Source: Terrimicrobiaceae bacterium
GTDB taxonomy: Bacteria; Verrucomicrobiota; Verrucomicrobiia; Chthoniobacterales; Terrimicrobiaceae
DNA: 64,000 nt
Assembly: GCA_041749815.1 (NCBI GenBank)
Contig: JBGTAR010000117.1
Location: 5,559 to 69,558, forward strand
Direction: 5' to 3'
The notes under the pieces were generated by a model. The model ran no database searches and was not told the DNA's origin. It saw only the letters and a list, made by a program, of their open reading frames with translations. Below, in pieces: positions 35,449-45,164 of the stretch (position 1 is its first letter; every line of letters begins with the position of its first letter). The translations under genes were made by a program, and so were the position numbers.

Positions 35449-37044
35449 CTAAAGGTTCAATGTCGCCGGATCCACCGTTTGTAAGTCAACTTTATCGGCA
35501 CCAACATAGAATCGGAGCAGTTCGCTCTGACTTTCTGGATCCCAGATCTTCACCCAGCCCGCGTTCAGAGTGACCAGTTCATCGCCTTTAATACCATCGA
35601 CATCGGCTACAGCGATTGCCCGAGTTGCATGACCAACTAGGAATGAGTCGGTCGTGACATCGTTCTCTTTCGCAACAACGTTCCAACCTTCAACCTGCAG
35701 AGATTTTTTGCCCAGCATCGCCGGTGCACCTTGCTTGGGCCAATCAATGGGGGACGATGTCTCTATGGGCTTCCCGGTCACTGCGTCCCAAGCCGTTACT
35801 TTTTCTCCATCGGTCGTCAAAATCACGCGGGGTACCGTTGCATTTGGATTCGGCACATCGTCTTCTTGGCGACTCGACCATGTCCAATCTCCTGCGTCCA
35901 GGGCTGCGTTGGCTTGGCTCCAATAATCCATCATTGCATCAATCCAGGCCTGTTTGTCAGTCCACGGTTCTGGGAGCCACCAATCTGTCCAAATCCAGTA
36001 GCCATCGGCGTATGCTGCGCTGTTAAAGGATTGTCGAGTCGTGAACTTATACGCCGAACCATCTTTTGGCCCAGGTGATTGCGGATAATGTCCCGCGAGC
36101 ACCACAATCGGATAACCGCAATTCTGAGCATCCCTCGACATTTTGGAGGCACTCACCAAAGCCCACTTCAGTCCAGTCCGAGCGGGCTCTTCGGCGTCAT
36201 ATCCCCCATCAAATGCATTACTGTAGATTGTGCGTCCATATAATGTTGCATCAAGATTAATCACAGGCGCTTCCGTCGATGCTACACTTTGCATGATGTG
36301 CTCTTTGAAAGCACCCCAACCATACACACCAATTTGAAATTTCGGATTAATTCCATCGACGGCTTTTCGTAGTTTTCTTGCTTGTTCAGCAACCTTCTTA
36401 GCTTGAAATTCAACGTAGAGGGAAAGCACTTGGAGGTCGTCAAGGTATTTCCGTCGCTCGCTGGCAGCCGGAAGCGGATCCGGCACAGCTCTTTCCAGCA
36501 TTTTAAGGAAAGCTGCGAACGTTTCATCATCATAGGATTCACAAAATCCATCAGTTTTATTCTTGTCGTAAATTTCGAAATCCAGCAACGCCCCCTTCAA
36601 ATTTGGATATTTTAGGGACAGCTTTGCTTGTTCAACCATTTCTTCCGTCACCTTCGCCCAGCTAGCCTCACTTGTTGGGAGGGAGAAGCGGGTTGTCTTC
36701 CCCATCCTCGTCACCGTGCGATCCACCTTTTCATCCTCGCTCGCATTGGTCATTCCCATCTGCCAGGTCATAACCGCAAGCCCGGCGTCAGCCGCCTTTT
36801 GGCAAAATCCCTCGACGTCTTCCATCCAGCGATCGACAGCCACGGTGAAACCTGCGTCAGCAAGTTGTTTAAAATCAGCCTCTGTTAACTTTCCGTGCCC
36901 AGGATGAACTTTTGTCACGAAAAGACGGGAGCCAGGGCCAATCCCGTCGTCAGCGCTAAATCCATTTAATGTGGGTGCCAGCAAAGCAAAAAGAAAGAGA
37001 GAGCGAGTAAGGAGGGTAGAGAACTTCATAGAAAAAATGATCAA
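35449..37044 (-). CDS. Secreted hypothetical protein (unknown family P, glycoside-hydrolase-like TIM barrel suspected) with a C-terminal FG-GAP-like segment
   Basis: Signal peptide (MKFSTLLTRSLFLFALLAPTLNG). Conserved blocks are shared with 41424-43142: LDFEIYD..C..YDD..F.AF, LPAASERR, KLRKAVDGINP and ADGYWIWTD. C-terminal AVADVDGIKGDELV. Confidence 0.6.
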   Translation of the reverse strand: MIIFSMKFSTLLTRSLFLFALLAPTLNGFSADDGIGPGSRLFVTKVHPGHGKLTEADFKQLADAGFTVAVDRWMEDVEGFCQKAADAGLAVMTWQMGMTNASEDEKVDRTVTRMGKTTRFSLPTSEASWAKVTEEMVEQAKLSLKYPNLKGALLDFEIYDKNKTDGFCESYDDETFAAFLKMLERAVPDPLPAASERRKYLDDLQVLSLYVEFQAKKVAEQARKLRKAVDGINPKFQIGVYGWGAFKEHIMQSVASTEAPVINLDATLYGRTIYSNAFDGGYDAEEPARTGLKWALVSASKMSRDAQNCGYPIVVLAGHYPQSPGPKDGSAYKFTTRQSFNSAAYADGYWIWTDWWLPEPWTDKQAWIDAMMDYWSQANAALDAGDWTWSSRQEDDVPNPNATVPRVILTTDGEKVTAWDAVTGKPIETSSPIDWPKQGAPAMLGKKSLQVEGWNVVAKENDVTTDSFLVGHATRAIAVADVDGIKGDELVTLNAGWVKIWDPESQSELLRFYVGADKVDLQTVDPATLNL

Positions 37045-37086
37045 TTAATGGAAAGTAGGGGAATGCCACGCAAACGGAGCGGTGGC

Positions 37087-37119
37087 AAAATGCATCTGGC
37101 TAATGTCATTCCAGATGCA
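37087..37119 (-). terminator. Candidate rho-independent terminator after the PEP-CTERM gene
   Basis: Perfect 9-bp stem: tgcatctgg (37091-37099) pairs with ccagatgca (37111-37119), with an 11-nt loop. On the minus strand it is followed by TTTT. A second 8-bp stem, gcacccgc/gcgggtgc, lies just upstream at about 37126-37170. Confidence 0.6.
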
Positions 37120-37182
37120 ACACTGCACCCGCCTGGTTTATCTTAGATCACAAAACAAGCGGGTGCGCGTATTACTTTGCTC

Positions 37183-37935
37183 TTAGCAAGACCGGCGGCG
37201 ACGGACCAACAGAGCAGCAGCTCCAACAGCAAGTAAGGTAAACGTTCCGGGTTCTGGAACTGTCACTGCTGTTAGATTCAAAGAATCAATACCCGCGCCT
37301 GCTCCAGTTGAGATCTGCTCAATCAGGATCCGAAAGCCTACCTGCCCGGGGACAGCCGTGTTCCAACGTGAACTGTCGATATCTGCTGTGTCTTCGTCAA
37401 ATCCTGATCCACCGATTGTCAGATAAAATGACCCTTCTGGCCAAGAATCCGTATCATAATTGTAAGCAAAAGATCTTACTCCCGCCCCTCTCATGACCGT
37501 GGTGATGGATAGTGAGGTCAAAAAGGATGCATCAACGGGAATGATGAATTCGTATTCGATGAACCTACCCGGAACTTCGAGCATAATCACATTTCCGATA
37601 CCATCCCATTGTTCGGCATCATATGATACAGTGCTATTCGCCCAAGTGCCCAGAAGAGTTTCAGGATTGGCCGGAGGGGCAGGCGGTTCGTCGCGCCACC
37701 GATATTCGTCTGTAAAAACGTATGTTCCGGGAATAGATTCCGTCATGGTGACAACATTTCCAGGCGAACCGATAAAGACGGTAGCTGATGCGGTGTTGAT
37801 CCCCAAAAGAACGAGGAGTGCCGCAAGTGTTTTCGCTAAGGACTGATGCAACGCTCGCTTCCAAGAGCGATCTGAGTTTGCTCCGCTGCTGAGTGCCGAT
37901 CGTAAGGTAAACGTGTTCTTTTTTATGGTTTTCAT
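37183..37935 (-). CDS. PEP-CTERM-anchored secreted protein, unknown function
   Basis: The C-terminal VPEPGTFTLLAVGAAALLVRRRRSC and an N-terminal signal region. I place the start at MKTIKKN (37935). Confidence 0.8.
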   Translation of the reverse strand: MKTIKKNTFTLRSALSSGANSDRSWKRALHQSLAKTLAALLVLLGINTASATVFIGSPGNVVTMTESIPGTYVFTDEYRWRDEPPAPPANPETLLGTWANSTVSYDAEQWDGIGNVIMLEVPGRFIEYEFIIPVDASFLTSLSITTVMRGAGVRSFAYNYDTDSWPEGSFYLTIGGSGFDEDTADIDSSRWNTAVPGQVGFRILIEQISTGAGAGIDSLNLTAVTVPEPGTFTLLAVGAAALLVRRRRSC

Positions 37936-38226
37936 GTGATGGGTTATTTTTGATGGTGGTAATTGCAAATTACTGCTACACGTGTTGCGTAATAGACAGT
38001 AGATATATTAATTTACATTTTTTTGCTTTATATTTAAGATCGGATTTGATGTCAACAATAAAAATAAACTCTTTTCGTTGGAGATTTGGTGGTGGCTTTC
38101 AAACCAGCAAAACAAGCCCCTTCCTCCTGGAAATAAGATCGCAAAGGCAAGCTCACAGAAACCGAATTGGAGACAAATAACAAAAGTTTGACAGATTTCG
38201 CAACTCGTGTTGTATTTTATGTTTTT

Positions 38227-39276
38227 ATGGTCGCATCACCGAAAACCATGAAGCAGATTGCCAAAGACTTGAATTTGAATCGGGTCACGGTTTCTCTTGT
38301 GATGAACGGACATGCTAGGGTGCGCGGGGTATCCGAACAGACAGAAGCACGCGTAAACGAATATCTTAAAAAAGTCGGTTACGTCGCATCACGTGGGGCG
38401 ATTGCGCTACGAACAGGAAAGCGCGCCGGGGTGGGGATTTTGCACAGCGGGCATCTATATACCCACCTGACGCAGGCGTTTAATGCACTGACCAATACGT
38501 TTTCCGAATCCCCAAATGGATTGGAAATTGTGGTGCGTCCCTCAGCAGCAATTCTGGACGGGTTACGGGAAATGGTCTCGCGGGGGGTAGAGCGTATCAT
38601 TTGGGTACATGGAGGGGGCGTTGCGATCTCTCCTGAAAATCGTGAAGAAGTGCTCGCTTTGGCGGGTCAACTCCGCACGGTGATCTATAACTTTCGATTT
38701 GACCGGAAGGACGAGGACAAAGAATTACTTGCGCATGGATTTAGCCTAGTAGGAATGAATCGAAGATCTGGCTATTCGCAAATGGCTCGCTTTGTCAAAG
38801 GTCTTGGGCATCATCGTATCCTTTTGGGAGATGCTCATGAGGATACACCGCTCTCCCTCGACGGACTGCTTCTTGAAGTGATGCAATCCCATGGCTTGGA
38901 CGCCACCCTGACTCCACCTCTCGCCTCCCCTAGTCCGGTGTTATTTGAACGCTCGGTGGAATTGGGGCGCAAAATTGCCAGATCCGTCATAGAGAAACAT
39001 TTTTCTCTGGTCTGTTTCCGGGATGATGAGGTCGCGGGCATAGTCACCGCAGAAATGATGTCACGAGGCATCCGCGTACCCGAAGATGTCGCGGTTATCA
39101 GCATGGACGGCCATCCTCTTTCTGGAATCTTTCAAGTTCCATTAACAACATTCGCCGTGCCAGTGAATCCGATGGTGGCGAAAACAATTGAATTGATCCA
39201 AGAGGACGAAAAACCGGGAGCTTTCACATTCCCCTACAAGCTCATCCGACGGAAATCCCATCAACAAATCCAGTGA
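38227..39276 (+). CDS. LacI-family transcriptional regulator
   Basis: HTH MKQIAKDLNLNRVTVSLVMNG followed by a PBP1 effector domain (SLVCFRDDEVAGIV, VPEDVAVISMDG). The start is at 38227 or 38248. Confidence 0.85.
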   Translation: MVASPKTMKQIAKDLNLNRVTVSLVMNGHARVRGVSEQTEARVNEYLKKVGYVASRGAIALRTGKRAGVGILHSGHLYTHLTQAFNALTNTFSESPNGLEIVVRPSAAILDGLREMVSRGVERIIWVHGGGVAISPENREEVLALAGQLRTVIYNFRFDRKDEDKELLAHGFSLVGMNRRSGYSQMARFVKGLGHHRILLGDAHEDTPLSLDGLLLEVMQSHGLDATLTPPLASPSPVLFERSVELGRKIARSVIEKHFSLVCFRDDEVAGIVTAEMMSRGIRVPEDVAVISMDGHPLSGIFQVPLTTFAVPVNPMVAKTIELIQEDEKPGAFTFPYKLIRRKSHQQIQ

Positions 39277-39448
39277 GACCAACACCACAGAAAGCATTGC
39301 GCCTAATGACCGTCAGATTTTCATAAATAATGATTAACCATCTAGTCATATTTCCCATTGATTCAATGAGGCTTCGCTCGCAAGCCCCAGTTTCCTTCCA
39401 GATGGTGCCACTGCTGACAAACAAAACCACAAACCTTCATAGATTTGG

Positions 39449-40747
39449 ATGCCCGGACCTATGAGCCTAATTCTCTCCACAATGAATCCCCACTACAGTT
39501 GCCCTCCCCCCCCTCCGCAAAAATACCGTACATCCTTCGAGGCACCCGAGAGCCAGGTCGAGTTTCCAACTCAGCAACGCCGTTGGGATGACTCGGAGCG
39601 TGAACAACTCGCCAAAACAATCGATCAGTCTTCTCTCTTTTATTGGAAGGGGCCCCAGACGGCTCTCCTGATCAAGAGATTTCAAATGTATTATCCTCTC
39701 GAGTATGTGATGCCATGCTCCTCTGGAACCGCCGCAATTCACATCGCGATTGCCGCGATTGGAACTCAACCTGGGGATGAGATCATCACAAGCCCTATCA
39801 CCGATGTCGGCACCGTTACAGGTATTCTCTATCAACAAGCTGTTCCTGTGTTTGCTGACATCGATCCTCATGGTTACGGATTGGATCCTGCAGACGTCCG
39901 GCGCAAAATCACCCCTCGCACCAAGGCTATCCTGGCAGTCCATCTCGCCGGAAATCCATGCGACCTACGATCATTGCGAGAAATCGCTGACGAACATAAC
40001 TTGGTCTTGATAGAAGATTGCGCTCAGGCTTGGGGTGCCATGTACCGTGGGAGACCTGTTGGCACTCTGGGACACATAGGGTGTTATTCGTTTAATGATT
40101 TTAAACATATCAGCTGCGGCGACGGTGGGATCGTTGCGTCCAATGATGAGAGATTTGGTCCACGACTGCAGAAGTATGGTGACAAGGCCTATGACCGGGA
40201 AACCGAAACTCGCAGGCCAGAGTTCCTTGCCCCTAATTACAGGATTAGTGAACCACAATCAGCAATCGCCGCAGTTCAGATGTTGCGAATGTGGGAGTTG
40301 ACAGGACGCAATTCAGAATTGGGTATAAGTCTGAGCAGAAAGTTACAAGGGATCCCTGGGGTGCAAACCCCTCGGGTTGACAAATCAGATCGTTGCACAT
40401 TCTGGTTTTACATGTTCCGACTGAATTTTCATGAACTTTCATGTGATCGTGAGGCCTTTGTTGAAGCGCTACACGCAGAAGGCATACCAGCAAAAGGCGG
40501 GTATATTTCCGTTCCCATATACAAATACCCACTATTTCAAAATCATAATTTTTTTGGAGGCAGGTGGCCGGTTAAAGAGCTTGGATTAACATCAATGGAT
40601 TACACCATGGTTTCTTGCCCGGAGTCAGAAATTCTTCTAAGCGATGCCGTAACAACGCCAATTCATAAATCGATGGACGAACGCTATATTGAAGAAGTTG
40701 CAAGAGCAGTTCGGTATGTAGCCGAGTATTACGCCAAAAATCTATGA
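39449..40747 (+). CDS. DegT/DnrJ/EryC1/StrS-family PLP-dependent aminotransferase/dehydratase
   Basis: CSSGTAAIHIAIAA, ILAVHLAGNPCD, LIEDCAQAWGA and the PLP-lysine block YSFNDFKHISCGDGG. The exact start is uncertain. Confidence 0.8.
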   Translation: MPGPMSLILSTMNPHYSCPPPPPQKYRTSFEAPESQVEFPTQQRRWDDSEREQLAKTIDQSSLFYWKGPQTALLIKRFQMYYPLEYVMPCSSGTAAIHIAIAAIGTQPGDEIITSPITDVGTVTGILYQQAVPVFADIDPHGYGLDPADVRRKITPRTKAILAVHLAGNPCDLRSLREIADEHNLVLIEDCAQAWGAMYRGRPVGTLGHIGCYSFNDFKHISCGDGGIVASNDERFGPRLQKYGDKAYDRETETRRPEFLAPNYRISEPQSAIAAVQMLRMWELTGRNSELGISLSRKLQGIPGVQTPRVDKSDRCTFWFYMFRLNFHELSCDREAFVEALHAEGIPAKGGYISVPIYKYPLFQNHNFFGGRWPVKELGLTSMDYTMVSCPESEILLSDAVTTPIHKSMDERYIEEVARAVRYVAEYYAKNL

Positions 40748-41373
40748 CCATCATATACTCCATAAAATCAAATCCTGTAGACTCCGACAATCGAGGCTTT
40801 ACCTTGACAGAGCTTTTAGTGGCTATCGCCATCATTGCTATCCTTGCAGCCCTGCTTTCAGTTTCAGTTAAATCGATAAGGGAGAGGGGAAATGAGAGTG
40901 TTTGCGTGGGAAATCTCAGACAGATCGGCGTTGCTAACAAGCTGTATCTTCAGGATAACTCGCAAACCTTCCCGAATGGCGTAAGCGACAAGTGGTTCAA
41001 CGACTTGGCACCATATCTCTACGACAGCCAGAATCCGCTGCTAGCAAAACAGCTTAAATGCCCTTCCCAAACCGCTAGTGACATATGGTACGACTTCCTC
41101 GGTTATTCGTACAACATGGACCTTTCCCTCTACGTCAAAAATGCAGCCCCTCTTTATGGGAAGGAGAGTTCCAAGATTCTCTGCTGGGATGGGAGCTTTG
41201 TCCATAACGGGATATGGTGGGGCGGATGGGCCGGCATTCCTCAATACACACCGAAACGGCACAATGGCGGGTTCAATGCCGTCATGCTTGATGGCCATGT
41301 GGAAAAATTCAAGCACAACGATATGAACACAAAAAATTGGCGGGTTTATCCGTATGATTACCCCGATTTTTAG
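40744..41373 (+). CDS. Prepilin-type N-terminal cleavage/methylation protein, H-X9-DG family
   Basis: NRGFTLTELLVAIAIIAILAALL class III signal. The C-terminal HNGGFNAVMLDGH is an exact H-X9-DG match. ATGA overlap with the DegT-family gene. Confidence 0.85.
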   Translation: MTIIYSIKSNPVDSDNRGFTLTELLVAIAIIAILAALLSVSVKSIRERGNESVCVGNLRQIGVANKLYLQDNSQTFPNGVSDKWFNDLAPYLYDSQNPLLAKQLKCPSQTASDIWYDFLGYSYNMDLSLYVKNAAPLYGKESSKILCWDGSFVHNGIWWGGWAGIPQYTPKRHNGGFNAVMLDGHVEKFKHNDMNTKNWRVYPYDYPDF

Positions 41374-41423
41374 CACCTTATCTACAAGTTGCCAGCTCGG
41401 TTTGAAAAACATGTTATGACACT

Positions 41424-43142
41424 ATGAACCTGAAACTAGATTTGTTGAGGGAATGTCTGCTGCTCTCGGCGGTTCTTATACTGATTCATCAGTCGGCTGC
41501 AATCGCACAAACCACCTTTTCCGTAAAAATGGACAAGGCGGACAGATCATTCAGCGCTCTCCGCTATATGGATGCCGTCTATTTTGACGATCCAAAATCG
41601 ACTAAAATCAATGGTGAGGATGCAGTCGCTATCAATCTCCATGCTGTAAATCCAAGTCTTATTCTTTTACTCGGCTACTGGGGCGAGCCCGAAATTTCCG
41701 ACGATATGGTTCTTTATGTCGAATATGCTTTTAAAAACACAGTAGAAAATCCTGAGCTGGCCATAGAACTGCTGGTCAAAGATGGGATAGATGAACAACA
41801 AAAGGGCGACGGTCGGCCCTGTGGTCGTTATATCGTAGAAACAGAAACAAAAGATGAAGAATGGTTCTGCGCTGAGGTGGACATCACGCAGCTCGGTTCC
41901 CAAGTCGGAGAAACATTGACGCGAGTATTTCTCTATCCCAAAACTGAGGGCGGACAAGGGCAATTTCTTGTACGACAACTGGCAGTTTGTCCTAGAGGGA
42001 CATTTGTAGGGTCCGGATCTGCCAAACCCGATATCACCAAGACCGACGCCACTGCGAAAGGAGGAATCAAGCATCTGGCGGTCCATCCAAAAACCTTGTG
42101 GTATACCGATGAAGATGCCTTCTTTTCCGAGGAAGCAGTTCGTGAAGTAGCGGACCATGGTTACAATATTCTCGGTTGCCCGGTACATCCTCCAAGTGCT
42201 CCTCCCGAAAAGTGGCAGGCCGATTATGAGATGTATCGGGAAACGGCTGATCGCATCGCAGGGTTTCAAAATATCAGGCTTAAAATCATGATGCCGATGT
42301 GTGTGACAGTGGACGCAGATTTTCCTTACTCCAAATTGATAGAGGCTTCGGGAAAAGAGCGGATGGTTCCTTGTCCCGCCGATGAAAAATATTGGCAGGA
42401 AAGAATCATTCCTTGTCTCCGGGGCTACGCCGAACTATCAACCGATATTCCAACATTTGCTCTGATGGTGGATTGGGAAATATACGAGAGCGTTGGCAAT
42501 TCATATAGTTTGTGCTATTGCGACTCCTGCTGGAAAGCATTTCAAAGCGGCTCAAGTCATGCAGCCCCGGATGACCTGCCCGCTGCTGAACGGCATCAGT
42601 GGGTGTGGAATAATGATCTCGAGGAATCCTACCAGAAGACGTTCTACGGTCGGATCGAGAAGCTGGCAAGAGACCTTAGAAATTCTATTGATGAAATCAA
42701 CCCCACGCTCTCCTTCTGGACCTTGCCCGGAGTTTTCATTGGGAATCCCTTCTGGGAGCCCTTTATCAAGGGTGTTGCTACAAAGGCAGCTCCAGTCGTT
42801 GTCAGTAACGAATACACATATGGCAAACCTGCTGACGCAGCCACGGACGAAGCAGGTATCGAGGCAAACGTAAAAACATGCATTGAAGATCAAAGGAAAC
42901 TAACAAAGATAGGGGTCCCGTTTTTATATCTGGCTGCCACTTATAATGATTGGGGTTCTGCCGATTATCATGGTCGCGCCGCTGTGAGAATGGCTGCGGT
43001 CAGCGACGGTCTTTGGTTCTTCGAAGATGTTGGGCCCTATGGGGAAGGAGGGAATATGGATCGAAATGAACTTTGGCAAGCATACAAGGATGCCAATGAG
43101 AAAATTATTCTGGATGCTCTTCCTGAAAAGAGCCGACAGTAA
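41424..43142 (+). CDS. Secreted hypothetical protein (unknown family P, paralog of 35449-37044) with an extra N-terminal beta-rich domain
   Basis: Signal peptide. Shared blocks: VDWEIYE..C.CDSCWKAF, LPAAERH, LRNSIDEINP and SDGLWFFED. Confidence 0.6.
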   Translation: MNLKLDLLRECLLLSAVLILIHQSAAIAQTTFSVKMDKADRSFSALRYMDAVYFDDPKSTKINGEDAVAINLHAVNPSLILLLGYWGEPEISDDMVLYVEYAFKNTVENPELAIELLVKDGIDEQQKGDGRPCGRYIVETETKDEEWFCAEVDITQLGSQVGETLTRVFLYPKTEGGQGQFLVRQLAVCPRGTFVGSGSAKPDITKTDATAKGGIKHLAVHPKTLWYTDEDAFFSEEAVREVADHGYNILGCPVHPPSAPPEKWQADYEMYRETADRIAGFQNIRLKIMMPMCVTVDADFPYSKLIEASGKERMVPCPADEKYWQERIIPCLRGYAELSTDIPTFALMVDWEIYESVGNSYSLCYCDSCWKAFQSGSSHAAPDDLPAAERHQWVWNNDLEESYQKTFYGRIEKLARDLRNSIDEINPTLSFWTLPGVFIGNPFWEPFIKGVATKAAPVVVSNEYTYGKPADAATDEAGIEANVKTCIEDQRKLTKIGVPFLYLAATYNDWGSADYHGRAAVRMAAVSDGLWFFEDVGPYGEGGNMDRNELWQAYKDANEKIILDALPEKSRQ

Positions 43143-43171
43143 ATTGGTAAACGGCAAAGCCGCACAATCTT

Positions 43172-45061
43172 TTGACGATGAGAACCTTTTATGTGGATTT
43201 AGATCGCTCCCCCCTTGAATTAAGGCAGGGAATTGAACATCTCTCGAGGAAACTAAATCTCGCTTTCTCGGAAAAACAATCTCCCGAGATTGTGTTTTGT
43301 CCTGGCGGAGAGGGAGTTTCTGTTTCTGAAGCGCAGGGTACAATTTCAATTTCTTATAATGAACCCAATGATGCATTTCGCGGGCTCGGATTATTGAATG
43401 CGACGGAAGGCTACAGCTGGAAGAATATAAAAATCAACCAGAAGCGTCACATGCGTAAAACGTGGGTAATGTATGATGCTTCAAGGAACGCTGTATTAAA
43501 TGGTCAAAGCGTCAAAGAGTGGCTCTCGTTTCTTGCCCTTGCAGGAATCAACGGCCTAATGTTCTATACCGAGGACACCTATCGTGTTCCTGACGAACCG
43601 CTCTTTGGCTATATGCGAGGCGGATACTCGGAGTCTGAGATGATTGAATTTGATGACTATGCCCATTCTCTAGGCATCGAGTTGGTCCCCTGCATTCAAA
43701 CCTTGGCGCACATGCAGCGCGTTTTGCGATATGAAGCTTATGAATCCCTCAGAGATACTCCTTCCGTCATGCTTTGTGGAGAAGATCAAACCTATGCGTT
43801 TGTCGAAAAACTCATCAAGGCGGCATCTGGTCCGTTGCGGTCGCGACGTATCCATATAGGAATGGATGAAGCTTGGGATCTGGGGAGAGGGAAATATCTC
43901 GATATCAACGGAAAAATGCCGGGCTTTGAGATCATCTCCGACCATCTTGAGAGGGTTCTTTCTATCGTCCATTCCTTGGGGCTCAGGCCGATGATGTGGG
44001 GTGATATGTATTTTCGTGTCTTGTCACCCACCCACGATTACTTCGACACGTCCATCCAAATTGGAGAAAAAACGAAGAGTAAGATTCCAAAGGACGTTGA
44101 TCTCATTTACTGGGATTATTACCATCAGGATCGTGCTATCTACGATGGCATGATCGGCAAGTATTCCGAGATGGGCAAAGCCCCAATCTTTGCGCCGGGA
44201 ATATGGAGTTGGAACCGATTCTGGCCTGCGTATTCTTATGCTGAATCGACAATGTTTACCGGCATAAAAAACTGCCTGCAGCATGGTGTTCCAGAGGTGC
44301 TGGTGACGATGTGGGGAGATGATGGTACTGAGTGCGACATGTTCGCAGCCCTGCCTTTGCTACAATTGGCATCCGATATGGTTTTTAACGGGGAGCTTTG
44401 TCACGAAACAACACGAAAAAATCTGCAAGGAAATCTGGGAATTTCGTTTGATGACTGGGCATTGGGGCAATCCATTGACCGACCTCCTTTTCTCCCTCCC
44501 GACGGAATTTCCAACGTTTCGAAATGTCTTTTATGGGAAGACCCGCTCCATGGCCTTTTTCAGCCACAACTGGACGGGCATCGCTTAAATGATTTTTATG
44601 CAAATCTTGCGAGCTCCTTTGAAATCTTGATCGAAAAACCGGAAAATGATCGCTTACGCCTTCCTTTCCTTGTATCCAAGGTTCTCTCAAGCAAGGCTGA
44701 TTTGCCGTCTGAAATTCTTCAGGCTTACAGGAGCCGTGACCGGTCCGAATTGGAAAGAATTTGCACTTCTGTTCTCCCTAATCTTATAGAGAGCGTTCGC
44801 GACTTGAATCGCTATCACCGTCAGCTCTGGCATTCGAACTATAAATCTTTTGGGTGGGAGGTTCTTGAGCGCCGCTACGGGGGACTGCTTGGTTCGTTTG
44901 AAAATTTGATTTTTCGACTGGACGCCTACCTCTCAGGCACGGAGCAATACTTGACTGAGCTTGATGAAGCTCGCACAAAAATGTATGACTTTGGGAATGG
45001 CAAATCACAAATTCTCTGCCACTGGCAGGTCGTAAGTACCGGTGAAATTAATCATGGTTGA
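43172..45061 (+). CDS. GH20-family beta-N-acetylhexosaminidase-like enzyme, no signal peptide
   Basis: VMYDASRNA (the substrate-binding Arg region) and the catalytic H-x-G-x-D-E motif in RRIHIGMDEAWDLG. MWGD and WDYY blocks of the TIM barrel. Confidence 0.7.
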   Translation: MTMRTFYVDLDRSPLELRQGIEHLSRKLNLAFSEKQSPEIVFCPGGEGVSVSEAQGTISISYNEPNDAFRGLGLLNATEGYSWKNIKINQKRHMRKTWVMYDASRNAVLNGQSVKEWLSFLALAGINGLMFYTEDTYRVPDEPLFGYMRGGYSESEMIEFDDYAHSLGIELVPCIQTLAHMQRVLRYEAYESLRDTPSVMLCGEDQTYAFVEKLIKAASGPLRSRRIHIGMDEAWDLGRGKYLDINGKMPGFEIISDHLERVLSIVHSLGLRPMMWGDMYFRVLSPTHDYFDTSIQIGEKTKSKIPKDVDLIYWDYYHQDRAIYDGMIGKYSEMGKAPIFAPGIWSWNRFWPAYSYAESTMFTGIKNCLQHGVPEVLVTMWGDDGTECDMFAALPLLQLASDMVFNGELCHETTRKNLQGNLGISFDDWALGQSIDRPPFLPPDGISNVSKCLLWEDPLHGLFQPQLDGHRLNDFYANLASSFEILIEKPENDRLRLPFLVSKVLSSKADLPSEILQAYRSRDRSELERICTSVLPNLIESVRDLNRYHRQLWHSNYKSFGWEVLERRYGGLLGSFENLIFRLDAYLSGTEQYLTELDEARTKMYDFGNGKSQILCHWQVVSTGEINHG

Positions 45062-45164
45062 AATCCGACACTCGGACTTCATTTCCCTGTTCGGAATAAA
45101 CCAGAGTTCTGCATTACGTATTGTCGTACCCGCAATGATTCTTAACCAAGCACACCGTAGGTGC

